In this document: positions 1 to 9,809 of the stretch, piece after piece
Numbering within the stretch: the stretch's first letter is position 1
Layout of the letters: every line of letters starts with the position of its first letter
From: an uncultured Solirubrobacteraceae bacterium
Lineage (GTDB): Bacteria > Actinomycetota > Thermoleophilia > Solirubrobacterales > Solirubrobacteraceae
Reading direction: 5' to 3'
NCBI GenBank assembly: GCA_963742395.1
Contig: CAVUME010000006.1
Span: 276,589 to 340,588 of the forward strand
Length of the DNA: 64,000 nt
Made by a program: the position numbers and the translations under genes
Notes under the pieces: generated by a model
What the model saw: only the letters and a program-made list of their open reading frames with translations
The model's database searches: none
Told to the model about the DNA's origin: nothing

Positions 1-168
1 CTCGCGTGGGAGGGCCTCAGCAACGACGAGGCCGCCCGCGTGCTGGAGATCGGGCCGCGGGCGCTACGCGTTCGTCTGCACCGCGCCCGACGACGACTTG
101 CCAGCGCGCTCGCCCGCGAGGGATCGAGCCACGCCACCGACACTGCGACCGCCATGGAGGCCTTGTGA
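1..168 (+). CDS. ECF RNA polymerase sigma factor, C-terminal region 4 (partial, begins before the window)
   Basis: Frame 1 reads LAWEGLSNDEAARVLEIGPRALRVRLHRARRRL, a typical sigma region 4.2 helix-turn-helix. TGA at 166-168 overlaps the next ATG (TGATG). Not in the ORF track. Confidence 0.85.
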   Translation, partial: LAWEGLSNDEAARVLEIGPRALRVRLHRARRRLASALAREGSSHATDTATAMEAL

Positions 169-983
169 TGCCAACCGACCTGCTCGACCAGATCAGCGCG
201 ATCAACCCACTCCCAGAGGACGTTGCGGCGCCGCCGATCGCCTCGCTGCCGACGCTGCCCGAGCGCGACGCGCCCGCGGACCGCGGTGGGCCGCCACGCC
301 CGAATCGCGTCCGCCGCGCGTTCCCCAAGCGCGCCCTGCTCGCGCTGCCGATCGCCGCAGTCGTGCTCGGCCTGGCGCTGCTCGGACGTGGCGGCGGCGG
401 CGGGTTCGACGTCGCTGCGGCCGTCTACAAGGCGACGATCGCGGGCAACGGCGTTCACTTCATGTTCCTCGAAGGCGACGCCGGGCCCACGAGGATCCGT
501 TACCGGCGCTGGAGCACCACCGATCCGCTGCGTGAACGATCCGTCCAGGCCAACGGCCGACAGATCGTCGAACTGGTCAGCGGCGGCGGGGTCGAGTCGG
601 CCTGGTCCACCGAACATCGGCGGGAGATCCTGCGTGTACATCGCTCGGCGCCGGTGAGCAAGTGGGATCCCGTACGGGTCATCCAGCAGGCCTATCGCGC
701 GGGCAGGTTGCACGTGCTCGGCAAGACGACCGTCGGCGCCCGCGCCGCGTATCGCACGCAGGTCCGCTCGGCGCACGGCGACTCGGGCCCGATCGTGATC
801 GTCGACGCTCACACGTTCATGCCGATCGAGATGATCTACCGCGGCCCGCACAGCAGCGCCCCGACGCTCGTGATCCACGTGCGTTCCTACGAGGTACTGC
901 CGGCGACGCAGGCGAGCCTCGCGATGGTCAGCCTCGCCCACCACACCGGGGCGCACGTCGTGCTGCTGGCGGCCGGGCGCTGA
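168..983 (+). CDS. Putative membrane-anchored anti-sigma factor with extracytoplasmic beta-rich (LolA/RseB-like) domain
   Basis: Coupled to the ECF sigma by TGATG. Cytoplasmic N-terminus, one TM helix (ALLALPIAAVVLGLALL), then a beta-rich domain. Confidence 0.65.
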   Translation: MPTDLLDQISAINPLPEDVAAPPIASLPTLPERDAPADRGGPPRPNRVRRAFPKRALLALPIAAVVLGLALLGRGGGGGFDVAAAVYKATIAGNGVHFMFLEGDAGPTRIRYRRWSTTDPLRERSVQANGRQIVELVSGGGVESAWSTEHRREILRVHRSAPVSKWDPVRVIQQAYRAGRLHVLGKTTVGARAAYRTQVRSAHGDSGPIVIVDAHTFMPIEMIYRGPHSSAPTLVIHVRSYEVLPATQASLAMVSLAHHTGAHVVLLAAGR

Positions 984-1049
984 GGAGTTCCTGTCGCACG
1001 ACGCTCGGTTTGGCGACCGGCATTCGCCGGCCGTCGCCTCGGAGCCGGG

Positions 1050-1880
1050 TCACGCCTCCGTCGGTGCCTGCGTCAGCTCGCGCAGTTGCTCCAGACACTG
1101 CTTCAGCAGCCGCGAGACCTGCATCTGCGAGACGCCGATCCGCTCGCCGATCTGGCTCTGGGTCAACTCCTCGAAGAAGCGCATCCGCAGGATCTCCCGC
1201 TGATGCGGTTCCAGCTGCCGCAGGGCAGCGCTCACGTCGGCCCCCAGTTCGACTAGCTCGAAGCCGGAGTCCTCGACGCCGATCGCGTCCGCGAAGGAGC
1301 CGTCCTCGTTGTCCGCATCGCCGCTGCGAGGGGCATCCAGGGAGACCGAGCCCAGCGCGTGCAGTGCCTGCATCCCGTCGAGGACCTCCTCGACGCTCAG
1401 CTCCATGAACTGCGCCAACTCGGAAACCGTGGGCGAGCAGCAACGCTCGTCGGTGAGCGCCCGCTCGGCGTCACGAACCTGGAGCGCGCGCTCCTGCGCG
1501 GCTCGTGGAACGTGGGCGGCCCAGCTCGCGCTACGGAAGTAGCGCCGCAGCTCCCCGAGAATCGTCGGGATCGCATAGGTCGAGAAGTGGAAGCCACGGT
1601 CGGGGTCGTAGCGGTCGATCGCCTTGACGAGCCCGACCTGTGCGACCTGGTAGAGGTCCTCCATCGGCTCCGAGGTGTTGCGATAGCGCCGTGCGAGCGT
1701 CCGCGAGAGCGATGAGAAGCGCGCGATCAACTGCTCTCGGGCCGCGCCGTCGCCGTCGTGCTTCCAGCGCCTGAAGAGCGCCAGCTCCTCGCCGGCGGCT
1801 CCCTGCGCGCTCGCATTCCGCCGTCGCACCGAAGGAGGCGACTGCGTCGGCGTCCGTTGCTCTTCCACCACCGTTGTCAT
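1050..1880 (-). CDS. SigB/SigF/SigG-family RNA polymerase sigma factor
   Basis: Motifs EDLYQVAQVGLVKAIDRYDP, YAIPTILGELRRYFR and TQSQIGERIGVSQMQVSRL. GAAAGGAG RBS precedes the ATG at 1880. Confidence 0.95.
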   Translation of the reverse strand: MTTVVEEQRTPTQSPPSVRRRNASAQGAAGEELALFRRWKHDGDGAAREQLIARFSSLSRTLARRYRNTSEPMEDLYQVAQVGLVKAIDRYDPDRGFHFSTYAIPTILGELRRYFRSASWAAHVPRAAQERALQVRDAERALTDERCCSPTVSELAQFMELSVEEVLDGMQALHALGSVSLDAPRSGDADNEDGSFADAIGVEDSGFELVELGADVSAALRQLEPHQREILRMRFFEELTQSQIGERIGVSQMQVSRLLKQCLEQLRELTQAPTEA

Positions 1881-1938
1881 CGATTCGTCTCCTTTCGGCT
1901 CTGGCGTCACTGGCCGTCGATGTTCTGTCTCAATCAGC

Positions 1939-1964
1939 GTTCCCGGGCCTCGCCGCGCCGTAAC
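1939..1964 (-). promoter_or_regulatory. Candidate SigB/SigF-type promoter (GTTA-N16-GGGAAC) upstream of the sigma gene
   Basis: Near match to GTTT-N15-17-GGGWAW with correct spacing, about 60 nt before the start codon. Confidence 0.45.
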
Positions 1965-2018
1965 GGAATCGGCTCTCGCAGGTGGGAAACCAACGTTTCG
2001 GACGCGACCCGGGTCCGC

Positions 2019-2252
2019 TCAGCGCGCGTCGAATCCGGGCCGGGACCCCCGATCGGCGCGGGGCCGACGGTGGTATCCCTCGCCCTGTAGGGCCTTCAAC
2101 GGCTGCGGCGAGCGCAGCAGCGGCTGCAGCAGCCGCGCACGTGCCAGGCAGCGCGGGCAATGCTCCATCTGCATCGATTGGAAGCGCATCTGGATCGAAA
2201 GACCGCAGTAGGAGCAGTTCAAGAACATCCCGCCGCCGTCCCGTTCCGCCAT
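2019..2252 (-). CDS. Small zinc-ribbon protein (CxxC...CxxC)
   Basis: LNCSYCGLSI...MEHCPRCLAR. GGAG RBS precedes the ATG at 2252. Confidence 0.6.
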   Translation of the reverse strand: MAERDGGGMFLNCSYCGLSIQMRFQSMQMEHCPRCLARARLLQPLLRSPQPLKALQGEGYHRRPRADRGSRPGFDAR

Positions 2253-2369
2253 CGCCGTCTCCGTTCTCGTCGCGCCCGACTCGGACGTCTCATCCCCGTG
2301 GCGGATACCCACACTCGGGTCCCGCACCTCGACCTCGAAGGCTCCGGGTTGGAATGCAACGTCGAATTT

Positions 2370-2401
2370 CCAGCGTTGGTAACCAACACGCCAACGGCTG
2401 G
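2370..2401 (-). terminator. Hairpin downstream of the 81-aa gene, possible terminator
   Basis: CCAGCGTTGG...CCAACGGCTGG inverted repeat with one bulge and no U-tract. Confidence 0.3.
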
Positions 2402-2441
2402 AACCCCCGCGACGGTCCGCTAGACCTTCATCTGACTCTCG

Positions 2442-2687
2442 TCACGGACTGTGGATCAGGAACTCGACGACATCTTCGAGCTGGGTGGGCGCCCCATCCA
2501 TCAGCAGCAGGCTGGAATAGCCCGTGTCGCCCACCGGCCGGCTGTCGTTGTCTGCCGGTTGGGGGGAGGGGATACCTGTCACCCTCCGCCCGTCGCTGAG
2601 CAGGAGCTCGACCGTGATGCCCGCGACGCCGGCGGCCACGCACACGTCGCCCACCATCGTCAGGAAATGTGCCCGTCGATCATCCAT
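2442..2687 (-). CDS. Small hypothetical protein (81 aa)
   Basis: Protein-like composition with alternating beta strands (VELLLSDGRRVTG) and GC3-rich codons. Confidence 0.6.
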   Translation of the reverse strand: MDDRRAHFLTMVGDVCVAAGVAGITVELLLSDGRRVTGIPSPQPADNDSRPVGDTGYSSLLLMDGAPTQLEDVVEFLIHSP

Positions 2688-2882
2688 CGGAGGTTCTCGA
2701 TCCCACCGTCAACGGTTGGCCTCTGCCCCGAGGAGCGGGAGCCCAATCAGCTTACGGAGAAGTGTCTTCCGCCAGGACCCGGGTTGCCGTCCCGCACACG
2801 CCGGGCGACCGCCGCGACGATCGCTGCGCCTTGCTTGTGGCTCGCGCCGGGCGCCCGTTCCGTTTAATTGCCCGCGCCGACC

Positions 2883-3749
2883 ATGTCTGCGGATGGAGAT
2901 CAGCACAGCTCGCCCCGGCCTTCCAGCGGTGACCCCTCACCGCTGGACAACGAGCCGGGACAGGGCATCCGACTGCTCGTCGCGGACCCCGACCTCGGCA
3001 GCGCACTCGAAGGGGAGACCCTCGCACAGGCCCGCGATCAGGTCGTCTTCCCGGGCATCGAGCTGGATCCGGGCCCGCTGGAGCTCGACCGGCTTCGGCA
3101 GGCCGCGGGCGTGCGGGACCAACTGCACGGCTATCTCGTGCTCAGTGGGTCGCTGGCGATCAACCTGCACATGTCCGGTCGCCGCTGCACGCGCCTCATC
3201 GGTCCGCGCGAGCTCGTCCTGCTCGACGGAGTTCAGACCGACTCGATTCCGCTGAACTGGGAGTGGTCGGTGCTCGCGCCGGCGAGGCTCGTGCTGCTGG
3301 ACGCCCGCCTGCACACGGTGGCCAGAAACTGGCCGGCGCTGATGAGCTCGATACTCGAGCGAGCCGCACAACAGACGCGCCAGGCGTTCCTGCAGCAGGC
3401 GATCAGCCAGCTCCCGAGGGTCGAGGAACGACTGCTCGCGTTGTTCTGGTCGATCGCCGACAGGCAGGGCGTGGTACGTCCCGACGGGGTATGGCTCGAG
3501 CTGGCCGCAACGCACGACACGCTCGCGAGCATGGTCGGCGCGCAACGGCCCACCGTCAGCCTCGGGCTCACGCGGCTGGCCGACGGAGGCCTCGTACGCG
3601 CCGAGGAGGGTGGCTGGTTGATCGCGCCGGACTCGCTGGACTCCTTCGCCACGCCCTCACCCGTGGACGGGAGCGACCCGAACCCGGGCGACGATGTCCC
3701 GGCCGCTCCTCCAGGGCCGCTGCCCGAGGTGCCGGCCGCCGACGAGTAG
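2883..3749 (+). CDS. Crp/Fnr-family transcriptional regulator
   Basis: cNMP-like barrel (GYLVLSGSL...LIGPREL), VEERLLALF helix, and HTH THDTLASMVGAQRPTVSLGLTRL. Confidence 0.9.
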   Translation: MSADGDQHSSPRPSSGDPSPLDNEPGQGIRLLVADPDLGSALEGETLAQARDQVVFPGIELDPGPLELDRLRQAAGVRDQLHGYLVLSGSLAINLHMSGRRCTRLIGPRELVLLDGVQTDSIPLNWEWSVLAPARLVLLDARLHTVARNWPALMSSILERAAQQTRQAFLQQAISQLPRVEERLLALFWSIADRQGVVRPDGVWLELAATHDTLASMVGAQRPTVSLGLTRLADGGLVRAEEGGWLIAPDSLDSFATPSPVDGSDPNPGDDVPAAPPGPLPEVPAADE

Positions 3750-3838
3750 GTACCCAACCTCGAGGGGCCCGGGCCCACGGCCTTTTGGAGGGATCGACCC
3801 CGACCGCCGTCCTGCAATCCGCGTGTAGTCTCCAATGC

Positions 3839-5683
3839 ATGGGGGAGACGGCCGTGGGGAGAGTGCGGGCGGCCGCGCGGCCAGGCCTCGCGCACGACGC
3901 CGACACCTTCTGCGAGGCCTTCCAGCGCACCGCTGAGCACTACGCCAACGAGGTCTCCCTGCGCGCCCACGGTGGCGGCCCGGAGATCACGTGGGCGCAG
4001 TACGCGGCACGGGTGGAGGCCCTCGCACGCGGCCTCCACGAGGTCGGCATCGGCAGTGGCGCGACCGTCGCGCTGATGCTCGGCAACCGCCCCGAGGCCG
4101 TGCTCGTGGACACAGCCGCCATGCATCTCGGCGCGATTCCCTTCTCGATCTACAACACCTCCTCGCCGGAGCAGGTCGAATACCTCCTGGGCCACGCCGA
4201 ATGTCGTGTGGCCGTGACCGAGGCCGCCCTCGCGGAGCGGATCCTCGGGGTCGCCGAGCGCCTGCCGCTGCTCGAGCGCGTGTACGTGGTGGACGGCCCG
4301 TTCGCGGGCGCACACGAGCTCGCCGAGCTCGAACGGGAGACGGCGATCGACGACTTCGACTTCGCGGCCGGCTGGCGGGCGGTGGCGGCGGATGACGTGG
4401 CCACGCTGATCTACACCTCCGGCACGACCGGCCCGCCGAAGGCCGTCGAGTTGACCCACCGCAGCCTGCTCGACGAGGCCCGCCTGCTCGACCTGGTGAC
4501 CCCGGCGCGTACCGGGGGCCGAGTCATCTCATATCTGCCGATGGCCCACCTCGCGGATCGCTCCGTCCACTACTCCTCGCTCCTATCGGGTGGCTCGGTT
4601 ACGTTCGTCGCCGACCTGACCCAGGTGCTCGCTGCCGTGATCGAGACGCGCCCGACCTCGTGGGGGGCCGTGCCGCGGGTGTGGGAGAAGCTCAAGGCTG
4701 CGCTGGAGGCCGGCTTTGCGGCCGAGCCGGACCCGGAGCGGCGCGCGGCGCTCGAGCGGGCGCTGGGCACCGCGGTGGAGGTGACCCGTGCACGCCAGGC
4801 CGGCGAGGATGTGCCCGCGGCGGTGGTCGACGCGCATGCCCAGGCCGATCGCGAGCTGTTCGCTCCGCTGCGTGCCCAGCTCGGCCTCGACCAGGTCGAA
4901 TACCTGGTCTCCGGCGCCGCGCCGATCGCACCTGAGGTGCTCGAGTTCTTTACTGCCATCGGCCTGCCGATCTGCGAGGTGTGGGGTATGAGCGAGCTGT
5001 CGCTGATCGCGACGATCAACCCGCCCGACGCGATCCGGATCGGCACCGTGGGACCCGCGCTGCCGGGAATCGAGCTGATGCTCGCCGACGACGGGGAGCT
5101 GCTCGTGCGCGGTCCGATCTTGATGCGCGGCTATCGGGGGGCGCCCGAGCTGACGGCCGAGACCATCGACGGCGATGGCTGGCTGCACACGGGCGACATC
5201 GCCGAGATCGACGCCGACGGCTACGTGACGATCGTCGACCGCAAGAAGGAGCTGATCATCAACGCGGGCGGCAAGAACATGTCGCCCGCGAACATCGAGA
5301 ACAAGATCAAGGCCGCCTGCCCGCTCGTCGGCAGCGTGGTGGCGATCGGCGATCGGCGCCCCTACAACACCGCGCTGATCGTCCTCGATCCGGTCGCCGC
5401 GGCGAGCTTCGCCGCCGCCAACGGCCTCTCCGGCGCGGACACACCGGCGGAGCTCGCCCGTCAGGAGGAGATCCTGAGCGCGGTCGCGGCGGGCGTCGCC
5501 CGCGCGAACGAGAGCCTCAGCCGGGTCGAGCAGATCAAGCGTCATGCGGTGCTGCCGGAAGAGTGGCAACCGGGCGGCGATGAGCTCACGCCGACGATGA
5601 AGCTGAAGCGCAAGCCGATCGCCGAGAAGTACTCGGCCCAGATCGAGGCGATGTACGCCGACGACACCGCCGCGCGCCCCTAG
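3839..5683 (+). CDS. Long-chain fatty acid-CoA ligase (FadD11/FadD15-like AMP-dependent synthetase)
   Basis: IYTSGTTGPPK, WGMSE, GWLHTGDI and ELTPTMKLKRK motifs. A TAGTCT -10 lies 7 nt before the ATG at 3839. Confidence 0.93.
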   Translation: MGETAVGRVRAAARPGLAHDADTFCEAFQRTAEHYANEVSLRAHGGGPEITWAQYAARVEALARGLHEVGIGSGATVALMLGNRPEAVLVDTAAMHLGAIPFSIYNTSSPEQVEYLLGHAECRVAVTEAALAERILGVAERLPLLERVYVVDGPFAGAHELAELERETAIDDFDFAAGWRAVAADDVATLIYTSGTTGPPKAVELTHRSLLDEARLLDLVTPARTGGRVISYLPMAHLADRSVHYSSLLSGGSVTFVADLTQVLAAVIETRPTSWGAVPRVWEKLKAALEAGFAAEPDPERRAALERALGTAVEVTRARQAGEDVPAAVVDAHAQADRELFAPLRAQLGLDQVEYLVSGAAPIAPEVLEFFTAIGLPICEVWGMSELSLIATINPPDAIRIGTVGPALPGIELMLADDGELLVRGPILMRGYRGAPELTAETIDGDGWLHTGDIAEIDADGYVTIVDRKKELIINAGGKNMSPANIENKIKAACPLVGSVVAIGDRRPYNTALIVLDPVAAASFAAANGLSGADTPAELARQEEILSAVAAGVARANESLSRVEQIKRHAVLPEEWQPGGDELTPTMKLKRKPIAEKYSAQIEAMYADDTAARP

Positions 5684-5719
5684 CGCGGGCCGGCCGGCGC
5701 AGCCACCGTCGGGTGCGGT

Positions 5720-6706
5720 TCAGCCGACGGCGTCGATGAACCGCGCCAGCTCGCCCGGGATGTCCCGGCCCGCCGGCTGGTAGGCGACTTCGGTGACGCC
5801 CTGGGCTGCCAGCTCTTCGACGCGACCGCGTAGATCGCCGGCACCTCCGGTCAAAGTCAGCATCGGCAGCAGCTCGGCCCCCTCGATCACCGCCGGTTGG
5901 TCGCGCTCGGAGACGGCGACCAGGTGCTCTTCGTGGATCGCCAGGTGACGGCGGTCCTCGGGGATGGTCTCGATCGCCTCGCGCCAGCGCCCGCCGCCGG
6001 GGACGGCGTCGACTCCCTCCGCACCCGCCCGCTCATAGAAGGCGTGAAAGACGACCGCGAGGCCATGACCGGCGGCGTCGATGACGCGCTCGTCGGTCGG
6101 CTTCTCGCCGTCGTCGAGGACCGTCCCGAAGGCGAGCAGCGCCCGCCACGGCGGTAGCCCGTCGCCGGCTGGTGGCGCGGCTGCGCCGATGACACCGTCA
6201 CCCAGCTCCCGGGCGACCTCGTAGCCCTTCGGACCGTCCGCGCCGATCAGGATCGGTACGTCCGTCAAGGGCCGCTCGGCGACGAAACCGTCGGGGTGGA
6301 TCATCTTGATAGCCGCACCCTCCCACGAGGCTTCCTCTCCCCTGAGCAACGCCCGCAGCACCCGCACGTACTCGGCAACATCCGCCCAGCGCATCGCCCT
6401 CTGGCCAAGGGTGTAGCGGCCGGTGAAGCCGGCACCGATCGCCACTGCCACTCTGCCCGGCGCGAGGGCTGCGAGCGTCGCGATCGCGGCGGCGTTGACC
6501 ATCGGATGGCGCAGCGAGGGCACCAACACCCCCGGACCGAGCCCGATGCTCGACGTCTGCTCGGCCGCCAGCGCCAAGGTGATCCACACGTCCGGATACA
6601 GCGCCGGCGAGTCGTAACACCAGGCGCGCCGATACCCCAGGCTCTCGGCCGCGGCGATGTGCCTCGGTGTGTCCGGCGAGGTCGCAAAGGCGCACGAGAT
6701 CTCCAT
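5720..6706 (-). CDS. LLM-class flavin/F420-dependent oxidoreductase (Mer-like)
   Basis: AESLGYRRAWCYDS, IGLGPGVLVPSLRHP and PILIGADGPK. The real start is MEISCAF at 6706; the upstream part of the track ORF is a shadow. Confidence 0.9.
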   Translation of the reverse strand: MEISCAFATSPDTPRHIAAAESLGYRRAWCYDSPALYPDVWITLALAAEQTSSIGLGPGVLVPSLRHPMVNAAAIATLAALAPGRVAVAIGAGFTGRYTLGQRAMRWADVAEYVRVLRALLRGEEASWEGAAIKMIHPDGFVAERPLTDVPILIGADGPKGYEVARELGDGVIGAAAPPAGDGLPPWRALLAFGTVLDDGEKPTDERVIDAAGHGLAVVFHAFYERAGAEGVDAVPGGGRWREAIETIPEDRRHLAIHEEHLVAVSERDQPAVIEGAELLPMLTLTGGAGDLRGRVEELAAQGVTEVAYQPAGRDIPGELARFIDAVG

Positions 6707-6708
6707 CG

Positions 6709-7737
6709 TCAGCTGGGGGACGGCGTAGAGGCTCTGAGGATGTCGAACACGGCCGACCAGCGCTCGGGGTCCGCCCCCTCGGGTACCGGGAGGGTGATCC
6801 GGGTCGCGGCATCGCCGCAACGTCGCTGGACCTCGCGAACGGCATCCTCGGGGGACCCGACGACGGCGAAGGTGTGCAGGACCTCGTCGTCGATCACGCT
6901 CGCGAGCTCGTCCCATGCACCGCGTTTGGTGAGCCCGTTGAGTGTCTCCTGCAGCTCGCCCCACCCGTGCACGTCGAGCACCGGTCGGTATGCCGGAGTC
7001 GATCCGTAGAAGCCGATCTGCATGCGCACGAACTCGATCCCGGCTGCGATCTCCTCCTCTCCGTCGCGGGCCACCACGAAGCCCGGCGCCGTGATCTCGA
7101 AGTCCTCGAGCGTTCTGCCGCCGCGGGCCGCGCCGCGCGCGAGCGCCGGCAGCGTGACCTCGCGGAGGTAGCGCTCGGTGCAGAACCCGTGGCAGAAGAT
7201 GCCGTCGGCGACCTCTCCCGCCACCTCGGTCATCTTGGGGCCGACCGCGGCGAGGAAGATCTTGGGGTTGCCGTGGGGGTTGGGCCCCGGGCTGAAGGCC
7301 GGCGTCATCAGGGTGTGGGAGTAGAAGTCGCCGCTGAAGTCGAGCTTCTCGTCGGTCTCCCACGCCCTCCAGATCGCGCGGATGGCAAGGATGAACTCGC
7401 GCATCCGCGGAGCCGGGTGAGACCACGGCATCGAGAAGCGCCGTTCGATGTGGGGCTTGATCTGGGAGCCGAGTCCGAGCACGAAACGCCCGCCGGAGAG
7501 CACCTGCATGTCATTGGCCTGGATCGCCACCGTCATCGGGTTGCGCGCGAAAGCCACCGCGATACCGGTCCCGAGTCCGATCGTGGACGTCTGCTGCGCC
7601 GCGACGGCGCACGACAGGAAGGCGTCGGCTTCCGTCTCCGGTGCCCACCAGCGGTCATACCCGAAGCGCTCGGCCTGCCCGGCCACCTCGCCGCCGCGCT
7701 CGACGGTGGACAGGTATGTCATCGAGTCGATCTCCAT
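6709..7737 (-). CDS. Probable F420-dependent LLM oxidoreductase (TIGR03617-like)
   Basis: GIAVAFARNPMTVA, SGGRFVLGLGSQIKPHIERRFSMPWS and FYSHTLMTPAFSPGP are characteristic of this family. Confidence 0.92.
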   Translation of the reverse strand: MEIDSMTYLSTVERGGEVAGQAERFGYDRWWAPETEADAFLSCAVAAQQTSTIGLGTGIAVAFARNPMTVAIQANDMQVLSGGRFVLGLGSQIKPHIERRFSMPWSHPAPRMREFILAIRAIWRAWETDEKLDFSGDFYSHTLMTPAFSPGPNPHGNPKIFLAAVGPKMTEVAGEVADGIFCHGFCTERYLREVTLPALARGAARGGRTLEDFEITAPGFVVARDGEEEIAAGIEFVRMQIGFYGSTPAYRPVLDVHGWGELQETLNGLTKRGAWDELASVIDDEVLHTFAVVGSPEDAVREVQRRCGDAATRITLPVPEGADPERWSAVFDILRASTPSPS

Positions 7738-7751
7738 CGGTCCGCGCAAGC

Positions 7752-8050
7752 CTACGCGCTGCGGCTGGAGGTGACCTCTACCGCGAGCTGCTGCGCGCGC
7801 ACCGCGGACCGCTCGGCCGACTGCGACGCTCGATGACCTCGTTGACGACGCCCGCTGTGAGCATCACGACGATCACGCTTGCGACCAGCCCGGCGAGACG
7901 CGGGTGGTCGGTCCAGAATTCCCGCTCCAGCGAGTCCGACACCACGCCCGCGACAAGCGCCAGCAGCGCGACCGCCGCCAGCACGCGGGTTCCTCGTAGG
8001 TACGCGTCGACGGATTCGGATCGGCGAGGACCGAAATCGTGGCGGGCCAT
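7752..8050 (-). CDS. Small two-TM membrane protein, probable frameshift near 7815
   Basis: Two hydrophobic helices. The C-terminus reads better in the adjacent frame (AVRAQQLAVEV, stop at 7752). Confidence 0.55.
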
Positions 8051-8163
8051 GCCCCGACCTTACGCCCGCCCGGCCCCCGTCGACCCACGCGCCGTCGACC
8101 GGCCACACGTCACGGCCGGCTGACGCATGCCGGCCGCGACGGGGCGGGTCTTCGCCGGGCGGG

Positions 8164-9649
8164 CTACTTGACCGTCAGCGTCCCTTCCATGCCGGCCATG
8201 CGGTGGCCCGGCACCGAGCAGAAGAACTTGTAGGTGCCGGGCTTCAGGTTCAGCGACAGCGTCTTGGACCCGCCCGTGAAGGTGGGCGTGGCGCCGACGG
8301 GTTCGCCGGAGGAGGATTCGACCGTCACGTTGTGTTCCACCGGGGCCATGTTCGTGAACGCGATCGAGACCTTGCCGGAGTTCGCGGTCAGCGCGGTCTT
8401 GTCGTATTTGAGCTGGCCTTCGGGGTTGGCTTCGAGGCTGATGTTTTCCGCTGCGCCCGTGCCCGACCCCGTGGCCGGGGCCGCCTGGGTGGGACGCAGC
8501 ACCTGGACGGTGTTTTCGCCGTCGTCGACGTAGTAGATGGTCTTGCCGTCGGGGCTGACGGCGAGGCCGAACAGCGAACCGGCGCCGGTCTTCTTGTCGG
8601 CGGTCTGGACCGCCACCTGCTGGCCGGCAGGCGTGGTTTCGACCATGTTGCCGTCGCCGCCGTTGGTGGTGATGATGTTGCCGTTCGGCGCCAGCGCCAT
8701 CCCGAGCGGTTCCTTGAGGTGGCCGCCTTCGGTGAGGACAGCGGCTTTGACCGCCGTCGGTGCGGGTCGCTGCTTCGGGGACCGTGAGGATCCTGTTGTC
8801 CTGCGTGGAGGCCACGTAGAGGGTGCCGTTGGAGGCCAGTGCTACGCCGGTCGGGCCGAGCACCAGCGCTTCGGCCGAGTTCACCCAGGGGATGCCTTCG
8901 GCGACCACCTGTTCGCCGGTGACCTTCGGTGCCTGGTTTTCGCCGGATTCGAGGTCGATGCGCAGCACGGTCGAGTTGTTGATCGGCTTCTTGCCCTTGG
9001 CCGCGCCGCCGTTCAGCGCGTTGCTGACGAACAGCGTGGTCTTCGCCCCTTCGCTCTTGGCGGTCGAGTCCCACGGGCCCTGGATGTTGTTGTTCGCGAT
9101 CGTGCTGACCGGCTTGCCTTCGCTGTTGAGCACGATCAGGCAGCCGTACTTGGCGGTCGCCGTCATGCCGTTGGTCGTCGGCAGGCTGCCCACGATCACG
9201 TAACCGCCCGGCAGGATGTTCAGCGCCGTGGTCAGCCCGACGCCCCCTGGGCACGGCCCCGGGAGCGACTTGGCGTCGATGGTCGCGAAGGGAGTCATCT
9301 TGCCGGTCGTGGAAACCTGCACGATCGTCGTGCCCGTGCCCTGACCGGTCTGCTTGGCGCTTTCCTTGGCGTTGAAGTTGCTCACCAGCATCTGGCCGGC
9401 CTGCAGCTTGCCCACCGTGGTGGGCACGAACGCGATGCCATAGGGGTTCACGTCCCCGTTCGCCGGCACGGTCGAGGCGACGGTCGAGAAGCTTCCGAGC
9501 GGAGCGATGAATGCCGCGTTCGATGTGGACGGCGTGGTGGTCGTAGCAACGGTGCTCGAGGTCGAGCTCGAGTTCGAGCTTCCGCAGCCGCTGAGGGCAA
9601 CGAGGGTGAGCGCTACGCCCGCGAGGGCGAGGAACGAAGTTCTGGGCAC
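8164..9649 (-). CDS. Lipoprotein with NHL-like beta-propeller fused to a C-terminal cupredoxin (type 1 copper) domain; frameshift near 8760
   Basis: Lipobox LSGC after an AGGAG RBS. Repeats NPYGI, GPWD, GPTGVALASNG and PLGMALAPNG. Copper ligands EHNV...FFCSVPGHRMAGM. Confidence 0.8.
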
Positions 9650-9809
9650 GGTGGGTTGGTCTCCTGTCGGGTCTGCGGGATGGCCAGCGAGTAGGCAAGA
9701 TCGCCACGCACCGGGTATCGGTATTGCTAAAGACGCCGCGGTCGGCCAGAACATTCCGGCTGAGCTCGTCCTTCATGAGACCGCCGCCGTCGCATAGCGT
9801 GTAGCGACG

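Noticed and set aside
5720-7426. 568-aa extended LLM protein
   Set aside because: The upstream 240 codons overlap the neighbouring LLM gene in another frame. The real start is at 6706.
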